Assembly (NCBI GenBank): GCA_044221725.1
Contig: JBGAON010000004.1
Span: forward strand, 221,019 to 285,018
DNA: 64,000 bases
Direction: 5' to 3'
Source of the DNA: Elusimicrobiota bacterium
Lineage (GTDB): Bacteria > Elusimicrobiota > Elusimicrobia > F11
Shown here: positions 1 through 7,642 of the stretch, piece by piece
Layout: each line of letters starts with the position of its first letter
Position numbering within the stretch: the first letter of the stretch is position 1
The notes under the pieces: generated by a model
What the model saw: only the letters and a program-made list of their open reading frames with translations
Told to the model about the DNA's origin: nothing
The model's database searches: none
Position numbers and translations under genes: made by a program

Positions 1-1631
1 CTGAATACCGAGCCCCACGCAATCGCTACCGTCGGCGTGCCGCTGAAATAGAGATGATGCAGCGTGCCGATGATGCCGCCCGACAAGTAAATTGTTGCCG
101 ACAAGAGGGCCGTCTCCGCTGCGAACGCCGGTTTGATGAGATTGAGTTTCGTGAAGAAGAACGCAATCACCACGGTGGCAAACACTTCAAAAAACCCTTC
201 GACCCACAGATGCACAACCCACCAACGCCAATATTCCACGATCGACAGGTGTGTTTGGCGACCCCAGCTAAGTCCCGCTCCGTAAAACAAGCCGATCGCG
301 GTTGTTGAAATAAGAAACAACGCGAGCAGCGGTTTGTGATCGCCAGGTTTTCGAAAGGCCGGCGCAATCCCGCGGATTACGAGGAACAGCCAGAGAAGGA
401 GACCGACAAACAACGCCAACTGCCACACGCGACCGAGGTCAACGTACTCGTAGCCTTGATGTCCGAAATAAAACCACGCGTCGCCTTTCAGTTTGTTGAA
501 GATGCTAAGCCACTGGCCTGTCATGGATCCGGCCACGACCAAAAGCAGCGCAATGAAAAGCGCGTTCACGCCCAACGCTTGGCCTTTGCGTTCTTCGCCG
601 CTGACGGCCGGGCCAATGAAAAGACCCGCGGCGAGCCATGCCGTTGCAATCCACAGGACCCCCAGTTGCACGTGCCATGTTCGCGTCACGCTATAGGGAA
701 GCCACTGCGCGAGGGGGAATCCATAAAACCCGCCGCCTTCCACACCGTAGTGCGCGGTTATTACGCCGGCCAGTATTTGAACGACAATTAATAACGACAC
801 GACCCAAAAATATTTCAGCGTTGCGCGTTGGGATGCGGTGAGCGTGGAACCGATGAGCGGATCTTTCTGCGGCGCCTTTTCGGGCGCGGGCCCGCCGCGC
901 GAGACATAGAACCACACAAGCGCTGCAATGCCGCCCAGCAGCATCAACACACTCACGCCGGTCCATACGACGGTTTCGCCGGTCGGCCGATTTCCGGTGA
1001 GCGGTTCGTGCGGCCAGTTGCTCGTGTAAGAGATTTTGTGATTCGGTCGGTTTGTGGAAGCAGCCCACGATGTCCAAAAGAAGAACGACGACAAATCGCG
1101 CAAGCGACCCGGATCGGTGACCGCTCCTTTGTGGATGGCGTATTCCTCCTTCCCGTTCAAGAAAACGTCGGAAAAATGCTGATGATTGCTTTCAAATGCC
1201 TGCACGCGCAACGGATCGATTACGAGGGTTTTGGTTTCCGGGTTGTAGGTGTTCGTGCGGAGGAAATCCTGCAGACGGTTTTCCAATTGCCCTTTGTTCT
1301 CGTTCGGCAAAGAATCAAAATTCGTTTTGAAATCGGTCTGTGCCCAGGAATCAAGAATAAACATTGCTTCGCGGTGCAGCCAATCGGCGGTCCAGTCGGG
1401 GGCGACGTAACTGCCGTGGCCCCACACCGACCCCACTTCCATTCCGCCCATTGCTTGCCACACATTCTGGCCGCGGGAGATTTGACCGTGGTCGATCAGG
1501 ACGGTTCCATCGGTGCTGGTGACTTGTTCCGGAATCGGTGGAAGTTCTTGATAAATGCGAGAGCCCACCCATCCCAACACGCCAAATGATACAGCCAAGA
1601 CGCCAACAAATAGTAACCACAGCTTCTTCAT
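1..1631 (-). CDS. norZ: quinol-dependent nitric oxide reductase (qNOR, NorZ/NorB-type); 3' end runs off the window
   Basis: Absent from the ORF track because it is open at the window edge. My minus-strand translation from ATG 1631-1629 (G-rich SD GGGGGA just upstream) is stop-free to position 1. It reads MKKLWLLFVGVLAVSFGVLGW..GQNVWQAMGGMEVGSVWGHGSYVAPDWTADWLHRE..HLWVEGFFEVFATV..GTLHHLYFSGTP. It has heme-copper oxidase His motifs plus a fused NorC-like N-terminal extension without CxxCH. Confidence 0.85.
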   Translation of the reverse strand, partial: MKKLWLLFVGVLAVSFGVLGWVGSRIYQELPPIPEQVTSTDGTVLIDHGQISRGQNVWQAMGGMEVGSVWGHGSYVAPDWTADWLHREAMFILDSWAQTDFKTNFDSLPNENKGQLENRLQDFLRTNTYNPETKTLVIDPLRVQAFESNHQHFSDVFLNGKEEYAIHKGAVTDPGRLRDLSSFFFWTSWAASTNRPNHKISYTSNWPHEPLTGNRPTGETVVWTGVSVLMLLGGIAALVWFYVSRGGPAPEKAPQKDPLIGSTLTASQRATLKYFWVVSLLIVVQILAGVITAHYGVEGGGFYGFPLAQWLPYSVTRTWHVQLGVLWIATAWLAAGLFIGPAVSGEERKGQALGVNALFIALLLVVAGSMTGQWLSIFNKLKGDAWFYFGHQGYEYVDLGRVWQLALFVGLLLWLFLVIRGIAPAFRKPGDHKPLLALFLISTTAIGLFYGAGLSWGRQTHLSIVEYWRWWVVHLWVEGFFEVFATVVIAFFFTKLNLIKPAFAAETALLSATIYLSGGIIGTLHHLYFSGTPTVAIAWGSVF

Positions 1632-1647
1632 TCCATCCCCCTATATG

Positions 1648-1766
1648 TTCCGCATGCGATGCGGAAATCTTTCCGGCGCGCATATTAACATGCGATTTCA
1701 TATTGCGAATATGACGGAGCTCATATTTGGCAGAAATATCTTGAATATTTAACCAATTAGTTAAAT
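1648..1766. promoter_or_regulatory. divergent norZ/arsR control region with three perfect palindromes
   Basis: The palindromes are TTCCGCAT-GCG-ATGCGGAA (1648-1666), TCATATT-GCG-AATATGA (1698-1714) and ATTTAAC-CAATTA-GTTAAAT (1747-1766). All lie in the 143-nt gap between the divergent starts. They are candidate operators only. Confidence 0.3.
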
Positions 1767-1774
1767 AATGTGGC

Positions 1775-2119
1775 ATGCTCACCGACGACCAACTGAACCA
1801 AACTTTCAACGCCCTCGCCGATCCCACGCGCCGGGCCATGCTCGCCCGTTTATCGCGCGGCGAAGCAAACGTTTCTGATCTGGCCGCGCCCTTTCTGGAC
1901 AAGATGAGCTTGCCAGCCGTCACCAAGCATTTAAAAGTACTCGAAAACGCTGGGCTTGTGCTGAAAGGCCGGGACGCGCAGTGGCGCCCGTGCGTAATAA
2001 ATGGAGAAGCGCTCAAAGAAGCGTCCGACTGGATGGAGCGATACCGGGTTCATTGGGAAGCGAGTTTCGATCGGCTCGACGAATATTTAAAGAAAGTCAC
2101 AAAAGGAAAAAAATTATGA
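1775..2119 (+). CDS. ArsR/SmtB-family HTH transcriptional regulator
   Basis: 114 aa. Contains FNALADPTRRAMLARLSRGEANVSDLAAPF..SLPAVTKHLKVLENAGLV, a typical ArsR winged-helix. The stop overlaps the next start (ATGA). Confidence 0.9.
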   Translation: MLTDDQLNQTFNALADPTRRAMLARLSRGEANVSDLAAPFLDKMSLPAVTKHLKVLENAGLVLKGRDAQWRPCVINGEALKEASDWMERYRVHWEASFDRLDEYLKKVTKGKKL

Positions 2120-3078
2120 CAACCGCGCAAGCGAAATCGAACGAATTAAAAATTACGCGTTTCTACGAGGCGCCCGTCGCCGCTGTTTGGGCCGCCTGGA
2201 CCGACCCGAAACAAGTGGCGCAATGGTGGGGGCCGCGCGGTTTCTCGCTCACCACACACGCGCACGATTTGAAAACCGGTGGTCATTGGCATTACACAAT
2301 GCACGGGCCCGATGGCGCCAATTACGTGAACAAAACGAAATATCACGAAGTTATTACGCACAAGAGAATGGTTTACGACCACGGAGGAAACGACGAACGA
2401 AAACCACTTTTCCGCGTCACCGTTAATTTTGCGGCGGTCAATGGCGGGACGCTGATGGACATGACCATGGCGTGCCCAACACCGGAGGAGGCTGAGCAGA
2501 CAAAGAAGTTCGTGAAAAAAGCGGGCGGTGAAGCCACGTGGGATAGGCTTGCGGAGTACCTTATGAAAGGTTCGTCGGGAAAAGACATTTTTGTGATTAA
2601 TCGTTCGTTTGATGTGCCGATCGAAACGATGTACGAGATGTGGACGAATCCGGCGCATGTAGCGCAATGGCTGCCGCCGACGGGATTCAGCATGAAATAT
2701 CTCAAGGCGGATATTTGCGAGGGCGGTTCGGCATCGTATTCCATGTTCGCGGAGAACGGCGGTATGACCATGCACGGTCGCGCGTCCTATTTGAAGTTGG
2801 TCAAGCCACACACGATTGTTTACACGCAACAGTTCGTCGATGAAAAAGGGAATATTTCGCGGCATCCAATGGCGCCCACGTGGCCCGAGACGATGCTTAC
2901 CACGGTCACGCTCACCGAAGAAGGCGCAAACAAAACACGCGTCAGCGTAAAATGGGAAGTCTACGGACATGCGTCCGACGCAGAAGTGCAGACGTTTGCG
3001 AATGCGCGCGCGGGAATGACGGGCGGTTGGACCGGCTCGTTCGACAAACTCGACGCCTATCTGGTGAAACGGCATTGA
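2116..3078 (+). CDS. tandem SRPBCC / AHSA1 (Activator of Hsp90 ATPase homolog 1-like) domain protein
   Basis: Internal ATG 2116 was chosen because it makes a 4-nt ATGA overlap with arsR. Two repeats carry the pattern I(T/N)R.F.AP...V(W/Y)..WT.P..V.QW. ArsR+SRPBCC is a common gene pair. Confidence 0.85.
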   Translation: MTTAQAKSNELKITRFYEAPVAAVWAAWTDPKQVAQWWGPRGFSLTTHAHDLKTGGHWHYTMHGPDGANYVNKTKYHEVITHKRMVYDHGGNDERKPLFRVTVNFAAVNGGTLMDMTMACPTPEEAEQTKKFVKKAGGEATWDRLAEYLMKGSSGKDIFVINRSFDVPIETMYEMWTNPAHVAQWLPPTGFSMKYLKADICEGGSASYSMFAENGGMTMHGRASYLKLVKPHTIVYTQQFVDEKGNISRHPMAPTWPETMLTTVTLTEEGANKTRVSVKWEVYGHASDAEVQTFANARAGMTGGWTGSFDKLDAYLVKRH

Positions 3079-3127
3079 ATTAACTTTGCTTTGCAAGTAT
3101 TGTTGCGGCCAATATGACGCAGATCAT

Positions 3128-3152
3128 ATTCATGGCGAAATTCGTCATGAAT
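3128..3152. promoter_or_regulatory. 25-bp near-perfect palindrome upstream of the cox operon
   Basis: ATTCATGGCGAA-A-TTCGTCATGAAT, with 12-nt arms and one mismatch. It lies 38 nt upstream of the coxB TTG start. Candidate operator. Confidence 0.3.
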
Positions 3153-3189
3153 AATTGGCACGTTGTTACTCTACTTGTGAGGTCGCCTA

Positions 3190-3963
3190 TTGTTCGCTCG
3201 TTGGTTTCCTGAAAGCATTTCTTCTGTCGCTTCCGACATCGATCAACTCTTCTGGTATTCCACCGCCTGGACCGCGGGTGTCGGCTTAATCGTCATTACC
3301 ATCTTGGCTGTTTTCCTTGTGCGTTACCGTGAGCGCAACGGACGGTTCGCGTTCTATACGCACGGAGATACGAAGGGTGCGTTAACGCTCACGCTGACGC
3401 TGGCCGCGCTGGTGTTCTTGTTGCTCGATGTCAACCTCGCCTATCGCGATCACCGCGTTTGGGGCGCTATGTTTGGTCACCCTCCTATTAATATGAACGC
3501 GGTTCGCGTGGAAGTAATGCCCGAGCAGTTCGCGTGGAACATTCGTTACGCCGGCACCGATGATGTGTTTGGTACGGCGGACGATATCGTGACAATGAAC
3601 GAACTGCACGTGCCGGTGGGGCGTCCGGTGTTTGTCCAACTGAGTGCGCGCGACGTGATCCACAGTTTTTTCCTTCCAAACTTGCGCATAAAGCAAGACG
3701 CGATTCCGGGAATGGTCACCTCCATTTATTTCACGCCAGAAAAAACGGGACACTTCAATATCGCGTGCGCGCAGCATTGCGGTCTTGGTCATTACCGAAT
3801 GAAAGGTGAGTTCGTTGTTGATTCGTTGGCGGATTTTGCGGCGTGGAGCGACGCGCAAGAAAAAGACGCGCTTTCCGCGACGCCGGAACAGTGGGCCTGG
3901 GATTGGAACAAGGGATTGTCCGCCGGCGGGGGCCCGAAACGAAAACAGGAGACACCTTCATGA
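3190..3963 (+). CDS. coxB: cytochrome c oxidase subunit II (CuA)
   Basis: Two N-terminal TM helices. CuA ligand pattern HSFF..CAQHCGLGHYRM. The TTG start is taken from the track and is not certain. Confidence 0.9.
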   Translation: MFARWFPESISSVASDIDQLFWYSTAWTAGVGLIVITILAVFLVRYRERNGRFAFYTHGDTKGALTLTLTLAALVFLLLDVNLAYRDHRVWGAMFGHPPINMNAVRVEVMPEQFAWNIRYAGTDDVFGTADDIVTMNELHVPVGRPVFVQLSARDVIHSFFLPNLRIKQDAIPGMVTSIYFTPEKTGHFNIACAQHCGLGHYRMKGEFVVDSLADFAAWSDAQEKDALSATPEQWAWDWNKGLSAGGGPKRKQETPS

Positions 3964-5681
3964 GCACCGGTCACACGTCGTTTGTCCGCCGTTATATTTT
4001 CTCGACCAATCACAAAGTTGTTGCGCTTCAATATTTGATCAACGGACTGTTTTTTCTGGGCATGGGCGGCATTATGGCGCTTATCATCCGTTGGCAAGTT
4101 GCTCATCCATGGCAACCGGTACCACTGCTCGGAAATTTAATTTTCCGTGAATCAAACGGCGCTGTCAGTCCCGAAGTGTACACGATGCTTTTTACGAACC
4201 ACGGAACCATCATGGTATTTTTCGCGATCACGCCGATTCTCATCGGCACGTTCGGAAATTATTTGATTCCGCTCGAAGTGGGCGCGCGCGACATGGCGTT
4301 TCCAACCGTGAACATGTTGTCCTACTGGTTCCTGTTTTTGGGAAGCGTATCGCTTTTGGCATCGTTCTTTGTTCCGGGCGGTGCGGCCGGAACTGGCTGG
4401 ACGGTTTACGCTCCGCTATCGTCGAGCACGGGTGTTACGCCGGGGTGGGGGCAGGATCTTTTTATCTTGGGGCTCGCCCTGGATGCGGTGTCCATCATGA
4501 TGGGCGGTATCAATTACATCACGACAATTTTTCAATTGCGTGCGCCCGGACTTAAATTGCGGCGCCTTCCGCTGACTCTTTGGGGCCTTTTTTACAGTTC
4601 GGTCCTAAATACCATTTGGTTGCCGTTGGTAGCGGCGGCCCTCTTTATGGTTCTCGCGGACCGGCGGCTGGGTACCGCATTTTTCACAGCGGGACCGCTC
4701 GCGCCGCATTCGGGTGGGCAGGTGCTGCTTTATCAGCACTTGTTCTGGGGGTTCGGTCACCCGGAGGTGTACATTCTCATTTTGCCGGTGTGGGGAATGG
4801 TCGCCGACTTCCTGTCGATATTTTCGCGCAAACCGGCGTTCGGTTACACGGCGACCGTTATTTCGATGATGAGCGTCACAATCTTGAGCGGTGTCGTTTG
4901 GGGACATCACATGTTCACGGCGGGAATGAATCCACTCGTCGGGAAAGTTTTCATGGTTCTTACCGTTATGGTGAGCGTACCCACCGCGGTGTTTTTCCTG
5001 AATTGGCTGGCCACGCTCTGGCGCGGGTCGCTTCGGTTCCCAACACCCATGTTGTTTGCGCTGGGCGTTGTGTTTGTGTTCACGATTGGCGGCCTCACGG
5101 GTCTTTTTAACGCGATGCAAGCGTTCGACGTCTATATCCACGACACGTATTTCGTCGTCGGCCACTTCCACTTCACGCTGGCGGCGAGCGTTTTGTTGGG
5201 TGTGTTCGCGCTCCTTTATTTTTGGTTTCCAAAAATGTTCGGCAAACGAATGAACGAGCCCGTCGGAAAAATTCATTTTTGGGCGAGCTTCTTAAGCCTT
5301 AATGTTCTTTTTACGTTCATGATGCTGAGCGGGTTGCACGGCCATATGCGCCGGCTCGCCGATCCGTCGGTGTACGACTTCTTAAAGCCGATTCAATGGA
5401 TGCAGCCAATTTTGTGGTGGTCCGCGTTTGCGCTTGGCGCGTCGCAATTGATTTTTGTTGCGAACTTTGTCGGCTCGCTTATATGGGGAACGCGAACAGA
5501 AGAAAATCCGTGGCGGGCGGGGAGCTTAGCTTGGACCACGGCGTCGCCACCACCGGTTCACAACTTTGATGCAACGCCGGTGGTGACGTGCGGGACGCAT
5601 GAGTTTACTGTTCCCGGTCTCACCGAAAAAGATTGGCTTGCGCAAAACGATCCGCGCGGCACGCAGCTTGGACGAAGTTAA
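3960..5681 (+). CDS. coxA: cytochrome c oxidase subunit I
   Basis: ATG 3960 overlaps the coxB stop (ATGA). Motifs: FSTNHKVVALQYL, WFFGHPEVYILILP-type (LFWGFGHPEVYILILPVWG) and HDTYFVVGHFHF. Confidence 0.95.
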   Translation: MSTGHTSFVRRYIFSTNHKVVALQYLINGLFFLGMGGIMALIIRWQVAHPWQPVPLLGNLIFRESNGAVSPEVYTMLFTNHGTIMVFFAITPILIGTFGNYLIPLEVGARDMAFPTVNMLSYWFLFLGSVSLLASFFVPGGAAGTGWTVYAPLSSSTGVTPGWGQDLFILGLALDAVSIMMGGINYITTIFQLRAPGLKLRRLPLTLWGLFYSSVLNTIWLPLVAAALFMVLADRRLGTAFFTAGPLAPHSGGQVLLYQHLFWGFGHPEVYILILPVWGMVADFLSIFSRKPAFGYTATVISMMSVTILSGVVWGHHMFTAGMNPLVGKVFMVLTVMVSVPTAVFFLNWLATLWRGSLRFPTPMLFALGVVFVFTIGGLTGLFNAMQAFDVYIHDTYFVVGHFHFTLAASVLLGVFALLYFWFPKMFGKRMNEPVGKIHFWASFLSLNVLFTFMMLSGLHGHMRRLADPSVYDFLKPIQWMQPILWWSAFALGASQLIFVANFVGSLIWGTRTEENPWRAGSLAWTTASPPPVHNFDATPVVTCGTHEFTVPGLTEKDWLAQNDPRGTQLGRS

Positions 5682-5690
5682 GGAGGAGCA

Positions 5691-6284
5691 ATGAGTCACA
5701 ATTCGATTTTGGATAGCGCGGCTCCGCCGGCCGTGCCCGACATGGCGCCCGGAAAATTCGGCATGTGGGTGTTCCTCGTGTCAGAAATTATGTTTTTCAC
5801 GGGACTCGTTGGAAGTTACATCGTGCTCCGCCTTGGCAGTGCAAGTTGGCCGAATTCGTGGCAGATTCTAAATGTGCCGTTGTTGACGATTAACACCACG
5901 GTGCTCTTGACGTCGAGTCTCACGATGGTGTTGGCCGTGTCCGCCATTCAGCGCGGCGACGCGGCCGCGTGCGCGCGACATCTTCTGCTGACGGCCGTGC
6001 TCGGAAGCGTTTTCCTCGTGGTGAAAGTCATCGATTACATACATATGATCGAACATGGTTTTACAATCTCATCGAATTTGTTTGGTTCGTGTTATTACTT
6101 GCTTACCGGTTTTCATGGGCTGCACGTGCTGTCGGGGGTGATTGTGCTGCTCGTGCTGCACGCCCAAGCAAAGGCCGGGCGGTTTTCGAAAGACAGTTAT
6201 GTTCGTGTAGAAAGCTCAGGGCTTTACTGGCATTTCATTGATGCCGTCTGGGTCGTTCTGTTTGCTTTCTTGTGCCTGCTATGA
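5691..6284 (+). CDS. coxC: cytochrome c oxidase subunit III
   Basis: 197 aa. Contains YYLLTGFHGLHVLSGVI and GLYWHFIDAVWVVLF. Confidence 0.9.
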   Translation: MSHNSILDSAAPPAVPDMAPGKFGMWVFLVSEIMFFTGLVGSYIVLRLGSASWPNSWQILNVPLLTINTTVLLTSSLTMVLAVSAIQRGDAAACARHLLLTAVLGSVFLVVKVIDYIHMIEHGFTISSNLFGSCYYLLTGFHGLHVLSGVIVLLVLHAQAKAGRFSKDSYVRVESSGLYWHFIDAVWVVLFAFLCLL

Positions 6285-6583
6285 GCGCGGAGACGACAAT
6301 GCTCACCAAGAAAAGTGCGATTGTAATTTACACGTGGCTTGTTGTGCTTACGCTGGTTGAAGTGCTCATTGTTCGAGCCGGAGTGACGAAAGCCGTTGGT
6401 GCGATACTCATGGCCGGAACAACGCTCGGGAAAACATTAATGATTGGGCTTTACTTCATGCACATTAAGCACGATCGGCCCATCGCTTGGTTGTTGCCGG
6501 CGGTGCCGCTCGTTTTGGCCGTGTTATTTGTATTAGCGCTTTTTCCCGATCTCGTTTATCACTTGCCGCTCAAATTCCAATGA
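6281..6583 (+). CDS. prokaryotic cytochrome c oxidase subunit IV family protein
   Basis: About 100 aa with 3 TM helices. ATG 6281 overlaps the coxC stop (ATGA). The position and size are typical of CtaF/CoxD. Confidence 0.7.
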   Translation: MSAETTMLTKKSAIVIYTWLVVLTLVEVLIVRAGVTKAVGAILMAGTTLGKTLMIGLYFMHIKHDRPIAWLLPAVPLVLAVLFVLALFPDLVYHLPLKFQ

Positions 6584-6795
6584 CGCGCCGCAGAAATCTT
6601 GTTTTTGCGGCCGGGGTGATTCTTTTCGCTTCACGACTGTTCGCAGGGACCTGCGCGATGTGCCGGCAAAATCTTGAGTCCGGTGGATCGGCTGGACTGG
6701 TAAAAGGAATCTACTGGAGCATCGTTGTGATTCTCGGTGTTCCGCTTGTAATTCTCGCGCTTGGCGTTCGTTACGCCTGGCGCCACTACAATTAA
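6580..6795 (+). CDS. 71-aa bitopic membrane protein with a CxxC motif, last gene of the cox operon
   Basis: ATG 6580 overlaps the subunit IV stop (ATGA). Sequence: MTRRRNLVFAAGVILFASRLFAGTCAMCRQNLESGG..IYWSIVVILGVPLVILALGV. I do not recognise a family. Confidence 0.5.
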   Translation: MTRRRNLVFAAGVILFASRLFAGTCAMCRQNLESGGSAGLVKGIYWSIVVILGVPLVILALGVRYAWRHYN

Positions 6796-6803
6796 TTATT
6801 TTT

Positions 6804-7571
6804 TTAGACGTCGGTAACGTTCGTCGTTTTCGTTTCGGCTCGGGCGGTTTCACGTAACAACTTCATGAGTTCAATAGCGTTCTTTACCGCGTAGGCTTTT
6901 TGGTCGTTATCGAAATAGAAATAAACGTCGATACCGCGCCGCAATTGCGCTCGCACCCATTTCGCCCAATCTCGCAGTTGTTCCATGGAATACCGATTGC
7001 GGTAGCGCGGTCCGGGGCCATGCAGCCGGACATACGCAAAGGTCGTTGTCACGTATCGCGGCGTGCTGCGTCCATCGAAATCGTAAATGCAAAACGCGCG
7101 TCGGTAATCGCGCAGCAAATTCAACGTGTCGTCAGCAATCCACTCGGGATCGCGCAGTTCAAACGCGCAGCGCTGATCCTCTGGTAGCGCCTCGAGGAAT
7201 GCTTTCAGGCGCTCGGTGTTTTTATGCCAGCGCGGCGGCAGTTGAAAAAGAATCGGCCCACGTTTTTCTTTGAGAAATTTAAGCGCCGAGAAAAACCGTC
7301 TGAGCGCGCGCCGCGGTTTCGAAAGTCGCAAGATATGCGTGATGAAGCGGCTTCCTTTCAATGAAAAAAGAAAACCGTCGGGCGTTTGTTTGTACCATTG
7401 CTTCGTCTCGGGCGGCCGCAGCAACCGGTAGAACGATTTGTTCACCTCCACCGAATGAAACCGCTGCGCGTACAGTGGCAGATATTTCGATGCGGCCGCC
7501 CCCCGATAAAACGGCGCGCGCCAATGCGGATAATTCCAACCGGAGGTTCCGATAAAAATTTTGCCGGGCAT
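6804..7571 (-). CDS. DUF72 (YecE/UPF0759) family protein
   Basis: 255 aa. Contains IGTSGWNYPHWRAPFY, FHSVEVNKSFY and ILFQLPP, typical of DUF72. Confidence 0.9.
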   Translation of the reverse strand: MPGKIFIGTSGWNYPHWRAPFYRGAAASKYLPLYAQRFHSVEVNKSFYRLLRPPETKQWYKQTPDGFLFSLKGSRFITHILRLSKPRRALRRFFSALKFLKEKRGPILFQLPPRWHKNTERLKAFLEALPEDQRCAFELRDPEWIADDTLNLLRDYRRAFCIYDFDGRSTPRYVTTTFAYVRLHGPGPRYRNRYSMEQLRDWAKWVRAQLRRGIDVYFYFDNDQKAYAVKNAIELMKLLRETARAETKTTNVTDV

Positions 7572-7642
7572 ACACCTTTAATACGAACGAGCGCGAGGGA
7601 ATGACGGAGAGAGATTGCTTGGATGAGAGGGATGGCCCCGAT

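Noticed and set aside
336-1589. Plus-strand ORFs 336-791 and 828-1589
   Set aside because: They are antisense to the qNOR reading frame, which carries clear heme-copper oxidase motifs and is open across the whole region.
1351-2016. 221-aa minus-strand ORF spanning the norZ start, the intergenic region and arsR
   Set aside because: It crosses a promoter region and is antisense to arsR. It is out of frame with norZ and has no motifs.
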